DNA of 64,000 nucleotides from Craspedostauros australis (Eukaryota), in contig JALAGF010003954.1 of the NCBI GenBank assembly GCA_030167865.1, forward strand, positions 1 to 64,000, in the 5' to 3' direction. A program made the position numbers and the translations under genes. Within the stretch, counting starts at the first letter, position 1, and each line of letters begins with the position of its first letter. The notes under the pieces were generated by a model, which saw nothing but the letters and a program-made list of their open reading frames with translations, was not told the origin of the DNA and made no database searches. Positions 1 through 9,083 of the stretch are shown one piece after another.

Positions 1-486
1 TCCTACCCCAGACTCGAGGTGCGCAAGAGCGATGCTTGGTACGATCCAGACGAGGTGCTGCAAATGGTCACGTTGCGAATGAATTGCCGGCTCTGGGGAC
101 GCAATCGATCGGGCATCAACGATGCTACCGGCGTCGTGCTGAAGCGCGGTGGACGATTATCGCACGGATCCATACTGTGGATCGACCAATCGTCCTCGAT
201 TTCATCGTCAACCACGGCGTCCTCGCCGTCGTCAGGGGACGGGCTGATACGCAATGTTGCACCATCGCGGCAAAGCAGATCGGGAATCAGCGATATGTTC
301 CGCAGAGCCCAATCGATGCTGGGATTGCCTTCTGTTGTGGCATCCTTCTCCGGGTCATCGTCGCCAATGACGACAGCGGGAGCAGCAGAAGAAACTGGAT
401 CCATTCAGTCGCGTTCGTGGCGTCGTCAGAAAATGGAGATGTACGACGATGTTGGCAATGAAGATGAGGAGATCTTTGGATACTGA
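1..486 (+). CDS. 3' end of a hypothetical protein (5'-truncated by the window edge)
   Basis: Frame 1 is open from base 1 (SYPRLEVRKSDAWYDPDEVLQ...) to TGA at 484-486. Ser-rich middle and acidic tail; no recognisable domain. Confidence 0.5.
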   Translation, partial: SYPRLEVRKSDAWYDPDEVLQMVTLRMNCRLWGRNRSGINDATGVVLKRGGRLSHGSILWIDQSSSISSSTTASSPSSGDGLIRNVAPSRQSRSGISDMFRRAQSMLGLPSVVASFSGSSSPMTTAGAAEETGSIQSRSWRRQKMEMYDDVGNEDEEIFGY

Positions 487-519
487 TCATGTCCGACGCA
501 GCGATGACGTCGTTTCGGA

Positions 520-1695
520 CACTTCCAGAATACTGCAACTAGAACCACTCGCAGAGAATCGCAGAGCACACAACCGTGTGAAGGGTGTACTGGTCTCATG
601 GTGTCAGGTTATCCTCGCGTCTGCACTTGCGTTTGCCTCTCATGCAGTTACGCATTCAGACACAATCCCTCTTGTCGTCTTCCACCTTGCCCACCATCCC
701 GATTATGAACTTTTCTACCGTACTGAATTCGATGACCTGATGCTCTAGTTCGGCTGGTGTGAGTCGGAGACACTTCTCCGTCGTGCTCTCGTCTTCGTGT
801 TGTTGATTAGTCTTGGAGCCACCGACTTGACTCCTGTTGCTGTCATCATCGCCATCAATACAGCAACCGGGTCATCGATGTGACTCTCTGTGCCATGAAC
901 AACATGGATGTCGCTGGTACGCGTCAGCGAGATCCTGGAGGTTCAATAGTCTCTCTACGGAGCGACGAAACTGGGACAGGCACCTGCACGGGTACAGACG
1001 CTGGCACGAACGCATTCAATTCTCAACGCCCATGGCAGAAGCAGTTCATGCAAGCAGGGATCACATCAGCCGTGTTTGGATTTGCTCCTCCCGCTCCGCC
1101 GGGGCTGTATGCTGGGGTTTCCAAGGCGCGACAATGGATCCACGAGACCATATGCCGTAAATCGGAGTATGCATCGTCCGAACACTGTTGTGCAGGTGAA
1201 CATCCAAGCATCACCAACGATGGCTCGTCAGCACCCAAGTGGAATGTGGGTGATGGCTGGTATGATCGCATCGAGGATACGAAATCGACTTGATATGTCT
1301 CCCCATCAGCGAGGTTGGGCATTGAGGATGCTGCAAAAGGAGGCAGATGCAGGAACAGGACAGCCAGTGGGGATATCAACCGAACGCATATGGCAGCAAC
1401 AGCAACATGGGGATACAACGGAAAGTCCATGGATAACTGTTGCATACCAACCGACCCTTCCTCACACAACAAACCTCAACAGTACGAGAGAGTGATAGAG
1501 ATCGTGTCGGTTGCGGGTGATCGACAGTGCGTGCTCACGGTACTGGACAGCGACAGCGACGGCCACAGAAGATTACGAGGCGAGCATGGTATGGTGGTCA
1601 TCGACAGTCGAACGGACACGGTTCTCTTTGATGAGATCCTCAGCAGCAACAGCGACAGCAATAGATGGACAGGGACTTTCAGGCTCTTCCTATGA
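520..1695 (+). pseudogene. Degenerate trypsin-like (S1) serine protease pseudogene with C-terminal accessory domain remnant
   Basis: Trypsin-like fragments occur in the correct order across frames and stops: HPDYELFYRTEFDDLML* (~700-748), YSNRVIDVTLCA..RQRDPGGSIV (cf. CQGDSGGPL), QAGITSAVFGFAPPAPPGLYAGVSKARQWIHETIC (cf. GIVSWG.GC..P.YPGVY.RVS...WI...IC), then LTVLDSDSDG (cf. FTI.DS.GDG). Catalytic His and Ser motifs are not intact. Confidence 0.6.
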
Positions 1696-1861
1696 TGGCC
1701 CGTGTATCCCGACTCGCTGTCATATCGACACATCACATAACCGAGCTAGATCCATTAGATGGCGATTATTTCATGGAGTATTCGTTTAATGATTCCAAAT
1801 CAAGGTATCTCCTCGACTTCATGACGCGTTCGCTTCTCTCAATAGCTGCCGTGGTGGCGAT

Positions 1862-4639
1862 TCACTCCTCTTCCTCAACATCGCTGTTGGTCTCAGCCAG
1901 TCTGGACGATTTGATGGACCGCACGCCGTCCTCCCATGTTGCGCGATCCATGTAAGCATCCAAATGAAAACTTGTCTCTTCATTCAGCACCTCGTACAGC
2001 TCCATCATTGACATGCGACTGTACGCGTCATCAATACCGTCGCTATCTGGTCTCCCACTGCAAAACGCCTGGAGCTCACTCAGTAGTTGGGGCTGTGGAA
2101 TCAGCTTCCTGAAATCTGGATGAGTGAACATATCTTTCTCATTTTCAGCCGCCATCCTCATTGCCGCATCTTTCAATAGGTCACAGTTGTGTTGATCGGC
2201 GAATATCAATGCATCAATCATGGTGTGCTTCGTGAGATGCTTGCGGACCAACTCCGCTTCAAGAACAAGCTTGAGTCGCCAGAAGCCGAACGCATTGGCC
2301 ACAAGGATCAGCTGTTGTAGATCGTCCTGCCCATTGAGGGTGGGGGCTGGTTGGTCCGTGCCATCATCGTCGGCGTCGTCATGAGTGGTGTTGGTGTTGA
2401 AGGATATCTCACCTGCGTAGATGCATTGGAGGACATGTCGGACGTGTTTTGATTGAAGGTTGGGAAGAGGGATGGTCGTTTGCAAGAGTTCAGTCCCATC
2501 GTGAGCGCCATCACCAGTGCATTGATGTTGGATTCCGGAGTCGATCAATGTCTGAATGGATGGGACAGTGACCACGAGGACTCCAGAGTTTGCCTTGATT
2601 GCTTGTTGTTCGTCACCTTGTTCACACAGGAAGGTCACGTCTGTCTTGGCTTCAGTGAGAACAGCGCTGCGTCGATCTTGGTCGATGCTGATGCTGGTCG
2701 CTGTGCGGGTTTGTGGGTTGTAGTGTTGTGATGGTGTGGTGATGATGTTTGTGTGGCTTTGTTTGTGCATTCGCAGCTGCATCTGCAATTGTGAGTTTCG
2801 GAAATTGAGGCTGGTGACACACTTCATGAGTAATCTCGTCAGGTTGATTTCTTCGTATGTACCCACCACATCGAAGGGTGTTTTGTGGTTGTCGTTCTCG
2901 ATGTCCATGTCGGCTCCGCATAACTTGACGAGGTACTCCACACACTCCAGATGGCCGTTGAAGCATGCCATATGAAGAGGAGTGGTGCCTTTGCGGTCTT
3001 TGCAGTCGACATCTGTCTCGCAGGATTCGACGAGGTACTCCACACACTCCAGATGGCCGTTGGAGCATGCCATATGAAGAGGAGTGGAACCTTTTCGGTC
3101 TTTGCGGTTGACATCTGCCTTGCAGGATTCCACGAGGTACTTGACACACTCCAGATGACCGTTGGAGCATGCCATATGAAGGGGAGTGGCACCGTTACTG
3201 TCGTCGCAGTTGACATCTGCCTGGTAGGATTCGATGAGATGCTCCACACACTCCCGATGGCCGCCGGAGCATGCCAAATGAAGAGGAGTGGGATCTTCGT
3301 TATCTTTGCAGTTGATATCCGTCTCACAGGATTCGATGAGGTATTTCACAAACTCCAGATGACCGATGGAGCATGCCACATGAAGGAGAGTGGGATCTTT
3401 GTTATCTTTGTAGTTGACATCTGCCTTGCAGGATTCGATGAGGTACTTCACACACACCAGATGGCCGTCGGAGCATGCCAAATAAAGGAGAGTGGAACCT
3501 TTTCGGTCTTTGCAGTTGACATCTGCCTTGCAGGATTGGACTAGGTATTTCACACACTCCAGATGGCCGCCGAAGCATGCCAACTCAAGGGGAGTGGGAC
3601 CGTCGCTATCGTTGCAGTTGACATCCACCTTGCAGGATTCGACTAGGTATTTCACACACTCCAGATGGCCGCTGAAGCATGCCAAATCAAGGGGAGTGAA
3701 ACCTTTATGGTCTTTGCAGTTGACATCTGCCTTGCAGGATTCGACGAGGTACTCCACACACTCCAGATGACCGTTGGAGCATGCCATATGAAGGAGAGTG
3801 GTGTCATTGCGGTCTGTGCAGTTGACATCTGCCTCGCAGGATTCCACGAGGTATTTCACACACTCCAGATAGCCGTTGAAGCATGCCATATGAAGGGGAG
3901 TGGGACCGTCGCTATCTTTGCGGTTGACATCCACCTTGCAGGATTCGATGAGGTATTCCACACACTCCAGATAGCCGTTGAAGCATGCCATATGAAGGGG
4001 AGTGAAACCTTTACGGTCTTTGCAGTCGACATCTGCCTTGCAGGATTCGATGAGGTACTTCACACACTCCAGATGGCAGTTGAAGCATGCCATATGAAGG
4101 GGAGTGAAACCTTTACGGTCTTTGCAGTCGACATCCACCTTGCAGGATTCGATGAGGTACTTCACACACTCCAGATGGCAGTTGAAGCATGCCATATGAA
4201 GGGGAGTGAAACCTTTACGGTCTTTGCAGTTGATGTCTGCCTTGCAGGATTCCACGAGGTATTCCACACACTCCAGATGGCAGTTGGAGCATGCCATATG
4301 AAGAGGAGTGGAACCTTTTCGGTCTTTGCAGTTGACATCTGCCTTGCAGGATTCGATGAGATACTCCACACACTCCAGATGGCCGTTGGAGCATGCCATA
4401 TGAAGGGGAGTGGCACCGTTACTGTCTTTGCAGTTGACATCTGCCTGGTAGGATTCGATGAGATACTCCACACACTCCTGATGGCCGCCGGAGCATGCCA
4501 AATGAAGGGGAGTCCGACAATAACTATCTATGATCCTGTTGATGTCAACTCCGAACTTCTTCTCGTTCCATTTCTTCATCGCCGACAAATCGCCTGCAGC
4601 GACGGCATCGAGGAGCTGTTTGCTCGTGACACGCGGCAT
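1862..4639 (-). CDS. Ankyrin-repeat (16x) + BTB/POZ-BACK protein, 925 aa, intronless
   Basis: ATG at 4639 (MPRVTSKQLL). Sixteen 34-aa repeats of the form xKDxxGxTPLHMACxNGHLECVxYLxESCxADVN, then BTB (TDVTFLC...LQCIYAGEI...LILVANAFGFWRLKLVLE) and BACK-like (ALIFADQHNCDLLKDAAM) segments. Confidence 0.9.
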   Translation of the reverse strand: MPRVTSKQLLDAVAAGDLSAMKKWNEKKFGVDINRIIDSYCRTPLHLACSGGHQECVEYLIESYQADVNCKDSNGATPLHMACSNGHLECVEYLIESCKADVNCKDRKGSTPLHMACSNCHLECVEYLVESCKADINCKDRKGFTPLHMACFNCHLECVKYLIESCKVDVDCKDRKGFTPLHMACFNCHLECVKYLIESCKADVDCKDRKGFTPLHMACFNGYLECVEYLIESCKVDVNRKDSDGPTPLHMACFNGYLECVKYLVESCEADVNCTDRNDTTLLHMACSNGHLECVEYLVESCKADVNCKDHKGFTPLDLACFSGHLECVKYLVESCKVDVNCNDSDGPTPLELACFGGHLECVKYLVQSCKADVNCKDRKGSTLLYLACSDGHLVCVKYLIESCKADVNYKDNKDPTLLHVACSIGHLEFVKYLIESCETDINCKDNEDPTPLHLACSGGHRECVEHLIESYQADVNCDDSNGATPLHMACSNGHLECVKYLVESCKADVNRKDRKGSTPLHMACSNGHLECVEYLVESCETDVDCKDRKGTTPLHMACFNGHLECVEYLVKLCGADMDIENDNHKTPFDVVGTYEEINLTRLLMKCVTSLNFRNSQLQMQLRMHKQSHTNIITTPSQHYNPQTRTATSISIDQDRRSAVLTEAKTDVTFLCEQGDEQQAIKANSGVLVVTVPSIQTLIDSGIQHQCTGDGAHDGTELLQTTIPLPNLQSKHVRHVLQCIYAGEISFNTNTTHDDADDDGTDQPAPTLNGQDDLQQLILVANAFGFWRLKLVLEAELVRKHLTKHTMIDALIFADQHNCDLLKDAAMRMAAENEKDMFTHPDFRKLIPQPQLLSELQAFCSGRPDSDGIDDAYSRMSMMELYEVLNEETSFHLDAYMDRATWEDGVRSIKSSRLAETNSDVEEEE
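2903..4535 (-). repeat. Tandem array of 16 x 102-bp units encoding the ankyrin repeats
   Basis: Near-identical segments such as 'cacacactccagatggc' and 'gcatgccatatgaag' recur with 102-nt periodicity. Confidence 0.95.
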
Positions 4640-5271
4640 GTTGAGATGATGGTCGATGGTTGGATGGATGATTGGTGTTGGAGGAAGCATGCGGAGTGCG
4701 GTAAGTATGGAATGGCAGAGACGTCGATTGTGTGCTCCGATTGTACCGTTCAATGAAAAGTGGGTTGATATCTTCTGGTGATGTGTTCGAGCAGAGTGCG
4801 ACCAGGGGTTTGTGCACGAAGGTATACTGTGTTGCTGTCCCTCGCCTTGTCTCGCTTTCTTTGATGGCCCCTTCTCTTGGCCGCGCTGTTTGTTGTTGGT
4901 GTGGATCCTTCTCTTGGTCGTGTGCGAACAACAATCAAGAGAGAGAAGTTGTTCTTTTCTGTTGTCATGGAACAAAGAGAACCATCGACTCGTGGGATCG
5001 TTCTGGTCGATCGATGACTGATGTCACCAATCGTGAATCAAAGGAGGGGACACGTCATCATTTTGTTGTTGACGTCATCCAACTCGATGTCAAAAACAAA
5101 ATCGGCAGCTTTGCCCTTTCCTCGATTTCATTCCAAATCGCTTGTTGCACCAACCGTCGAGCGCAATCAATCATAATACTTGCTTACGCGCACACGCACC
5201 AAGATTCACAGATCATACTTTCCAACATCATACCTACGTACGATACTCATACTCACCCGTATCCATCTACA

Positions 5272-6742
5272 ATGCATTCGCCGAAGTCGCTGCTCGCCGG
5301 CCTCGCTCCAGCCTTCATCCTGGTGTTGATCCATTCAGAGCATGGCCAACCCTCGCTCTTTGCTGATGCCTTGGCAACGACCAAGCCACTTGACAGAGTC
5401 CCACCATCAGCAGCCATCGCGACTATCGATGCCGCACAAACACAGCAGATAGATCGAGTCAATCAGAGATCGTCAGACACACTCCCAGCAACGGCATCAA
5501 TTCAAACCCAGATACAACCGCTGACATCGATCCACATCCTGTCATTGAAATGGCCCAATGACAAGGAATTCTCCAAGCCAGTTCGAGATCTGTGGAAATG
5601 GAAAGACGAAGTTCTGGGAGATGGCAGGGACTTCTTCGTGCCAAAGCCGAAGACTCTTTCCGCCTTGCAATCCGACATCCTCTCAAACACAGATGATTGC
5701 GTGCAGGAATGCACGGTCCTCTCCAACTGCGCGCGGCTGGAAATCATCCTCATCACAAATCAGACGTTGCAGGAGGCCCAAATCCTCGACATCTCCCAAC
5801 GATTTGCGTCGCAGATGTTGGCGGCAGACCACACCAAATCCGCCTTCTCCTTCATCTTGGACGATCCTTCGCAATCCATACCGCGTGATATCCCGGACGC
5901 GCCGCACGAAGACGCTGTCCAAATTGCATCGGCATGGCATCGTATCGACGGTGCAGAGGCCGTGTGCCGCCATCTCGCGTTGATCGCCGCGGGGTTGGCC
6001 GATCGTCCGCGACGGCCTGATCGGGGCGTCGTCTTCCGGCCCTTCTCGTCACGCGATGCGCACATCCTGCTGCAACTCAAACGCACGAAGGATATTGCGT
6101 CGGGTAAGGTCGGCAATCAGTTTTTGGAGTACGCGTTGCGGGCCGGAAAGCGAGCGCGGTCCGTGGACGTCGTGCCGGATATTGCCGAGCTCAAAGCGTA
6201 CGGATCCGGTGATTCCAAGTACTCTTCAGAAGCACCACGATCGTTGATGCAGCGCGTGTCGCAGGTAAGTTTGTGCTTCACGGCGCAGAAAGCAATTTTG
6301 ACGCTTGTTCAAGAATGGCAGACATGCAGTACGGAAGATTGCTGCGTCGGGATGGAGTGGAATACAATCTTCCATTCTCTTGACAATCCTTCCTGCTGTG
6401 TCTCACCTCGACTTGAACAATTATCGCCATTCTATATTCGTAATGCTCAACACTGCCCTTCAACCCCTTCGCACAAAGGCCGCCATACAGTTGGCTGTGG
6501 AACCAACTGTCGAGGAATGTCTGGAAGACATCGACGCCAATCTCAACTCGGACAGCGTGAAGGACTTCAGAAACCAATGTGAAAGCATGGCCACCAACGA
6601 TGCAGAACTCAAGTACATTCGGTCGCTGCTGCATGGTCCCACAATCGCCTTGCGCAAAGGACAGTTTTCCAACGAGCACGCCACTGAAGCTCTAGACCAC
6701 ATCAAGATTAGTTTTGAGTCTTGGCAAGATTCACGTCATTGA
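5272..6742 (+). CDS. Glutamyl-tRNA reductase (HemA)-like protein lacking the NADPH-binding domain; predicted plastid presequence; exons 5272-6264 and 6479-6742 (418 aa)
   Basis: Hydrophobic N-terminus. Motifs VLSNCARLEI (cf. LSTCNRxE), EAVCRHLALIAAGL, AHILLQLK (cf. QILGQVK) and ALRAGKRARS. A phase-0 GTAAGT...AAG intron precedes exon 2, which carries LLHGPTIALR (HemA dimerisation motif). Confidence 0.75.
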
Positions 6743-6978
6743 TGCCAAATTCAAATTTGAGAGACGTGCCACACAGACAGGGTGTCATTGGTGATCTTGG
6801 GATGTTGATGGTGGGAGACCAAATCGTGACCTGTCATGCACAATTGAACAACATCAAATCCCTCCAACAACAGAGACGGCAATACCTATCAATAGCGACA
6901 TTAAAGTAGCAGCAGTATTGGTCACTCTACGTATGACAGTAAATACCACCGTACGTCATCGGCAAACGATCTGTTGAT

Positions 6979-8952
6979 ATGACCTCTCGCACGGCAGACG
7001 AAGAAGACAGCAACAGTCAGCACTTTCCTCCCGACCGGGACGGACACGAAGATGGAGGAGCTGGATGTTCAGAAAACCTTGACGATAGCATCTCGGTTCT
7101 TTCCATGACCTCTATCGACTGCTATAAGACCAAGAGCAGCAGCAACGCTGTCGTTCGCAATGACTTCCTCGACGCTTCTGACGATGAACACGACGAAGAT
7201 TCGTACTCCTACTATTCTTCGTCATCGTCATCTTCCGCATCGTCGTCATTTTCCTCATCGGGGTTCTCTGACATATCAACCCCATCACGTGCGCATAATC
7301 GTCTCCATGACGACGACGACGACGATCATAGTGATGGTGATATTGATATTGACGACTATCATCCATCTCATCGACCTGCGGCAGATTATGGATTCACCTC
7401 CAATGCAGGCTTCGGCATGACTCGGCGCAGGGCTGTTCCGCGATGCGACGAAGACAAAGATGATGGCGACGGCGACGGTGTATTTGATTTCACGAGAGGC
7501 AAACGCAGACGCAGTCGGCGCTACGACTATGCAGAACAGAATGGAAGCGATTCTGATGGGTATCGTTCATCGAACGAATCACCATATCTGAATCCAACAA
7601 GAGGACGGAAGGGGCGGTACCGAAGAAGACGGTACACACAGCCAAATATCGTGAGCTTGCAAAGATTCCTCATCACGAATCGATCATCATCAACGATCCT
7701 TCTGTTCGCTTCAATCGCCGTCTGGATTATTGTGCAGCTTCACACCAACACCTACACCAACACTCGCACCCAACCCACTTTGAAAAGAGCAGCGCCTGCA
7801 CCCACCAATGATTCGGAGCAAAAAACGATCAAAGCACAAAGGCTTCGTGGCCATGGGCTCAAGAACAAACCGCCATCACGTCAGGCTTCTGTCGGAGATG
7901 CCACATGGCGCGCCGCGCACAATGCGCTCAATGGTTTGGCCAAGCAATTCAGCAGTTTTCCCAGCGATGCAGATGCCATACCGGAAGGATGCGAATTGGA
8001 GGAATGGCAACAGCAACACTTGCCCAACTGCAACGACATCCATGAGGTGGACATGATGGATTTTCTGGCGGTTGCCAATCCGAAGAAATTTCGTTCAACT
8101 CTGCACTATGACGCACCGGGATACCTGGGAAAGGGGATGTGGCGATCGGTTTGGCAGATCACGCCACGGTATGGCCTCGAGCCTTTCGTGACCGACAGAG
8201 TCGCGATCAAGTTCATGAAATTGGAACATGATGTGGAACCTCGGAACTTCGAACGGCACCGCAGAGAGGCGATGGTGATGGAGCATTTTACTTCATCACC
8301 GCACGTCGTGTCCATATACGGCTACTGTGGCAACACCGTGATGACGGAGTACATCCCGCAGGATCTTGAAATCCACCTGCAACAGATGAGTGCGGACGAA
8401 AACACTGCCGAGAGGCGTCTGGATCTCGCGCTTGGCGTTTCCAGGGCCATCGCCACGTTGCACTCGAATGACAGAAGCCCGACCGTTCACGCTGATCTCC
8501 AGGCCAAGCAATTTCTTATCGACGCCGACGGCCACATCAAGGTGAACGATTTCAACCGTTGCCGTTTCATTTCGCACAAGAATGGGACCGATGAAAAGTG
8601 CGCGCTGTACATTCCCACGGCACCCGGCAGATCTCGTTCACCGGAGGAGTACTCGTTGAGTTCATTGGATGAGAAATTGGACGTCTACAGCCTTGCCAAC
8701 GTCCTGTACTTGATCCTAACTGGTCGCAAGGCATGGGCAGATTTTGGTTTCGCCGCAGCGAAGAAGCAGATCCAGCGTGGCAAGATGCCTGCGATGCCAA
8801 CATCCGGGCTGCAACCCGCCGACATTCCGTTGGCGAACTTGATTGCAAAGGCCTACACGTACGATCCAAAACAACGCATCAGTGCAGCTGATCTTGTGGC
8901 GGAGTTGGAGAAGTTGCAGCGTACCATGAACGTGCAGAAGGTACAAGTTTGA
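6979..8952 (+). CDS. Type II membrane protein kinase-like protein (atypical motifs, PKDCC/VLK-like), 657 aa
   Basis: Low-complexity N-terminus, Arg-rich stretch, single TM (TILLFASIAVWIIVQL), then kinase motifs LGKGMWRSVW, VAIK, HADLQAKQFL, NDFN, RSPEE and DVYSL. Confidence 0.85.
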   Translation: MTSRTADEEDSNSQHFPPDRDGHEDGGAGCSENLDDSISVLSMTSIDCYKTKSSSNAVVRNDFLDASDDEHDEDSYSYYSSSSSSSASSSFSSSGFSDISTPSRAHNRLHDDDDDDHSDGDIDIDDYHPSHRPAADYGFTSNAGFGMTRRRAVPRCDEDKDDGDGDGVFDFTRGKRRRSRRYDYAEQNGSDSDGYRSSNESPYLNPTRGRKGRYRRRRYTQPNIVSLQRFLITNRSSSTILLFASIAVWIIVQLHTNTYTNTRTQPTLKRAAPAPTNDSEQKTIKAQRLRGHGLKNKPPSRQASVGDATWRAAHNALNGLAKQFSSFPSDADAIPEGCELEEWQQQHLPNCNDIHEVDMMDFLAVANPKKFRSTLHYDAPGYLGKGMWRSVWQITPRYGLEPFVTDRVAIKFMKLEHDVEPRNFERHRREAMVMEHFTSSPHVVSIYGYCGNTVMTEYIPQDLEIHLQQMSADENTAERRLDLALGVSRAIATLHSNDRSPTVHADLQAKQFLIDADGHIKVNDFNRCRFISHKNGTDEKCALYIPTAPGRSRSPEEYSLSSLDEKLDVYSLANVLYLILTGRKAWADFGFAAAKKQIQRGKMPAMPTSGLQPADIPLANLIAKAYTYDPKQRISAADLVAELEKLQRTMNVQKVQV

Positions 8953-9083
8953 TCGATTCTCAATCTACGAGTAACAATAGAAATGACACGGCTCTACAAG
9001 ACGGCGCGTACTCGACTGCATCAAGTGCGCTTGTTCACTTGAGAAGTGCTGCTACATTTATTTTACTTGTATTTTGGCTCGCT

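Noticed and set aside
2951-4756. Long plus-strand ORFs (197 and 363 aa) antisense to the ankyrin array, and possible reading of the array as CRISPR-like
   Set aside because: The ORFs are shadows of a 102-bp coding repeat. There are no unique spacers or cas genes, and the sequence is eukaryotic.
4732-5271. N-terminal ORF extensions of the HemA-like gene (from 4732) and the ankyrin gene (to 4975) that would overlap head-to-head
   Set aside because: They begin at non-ATG codons and have non-coding composition. Better ATG starts at 5272 and 4639 leave a normal divergent promoter gap.
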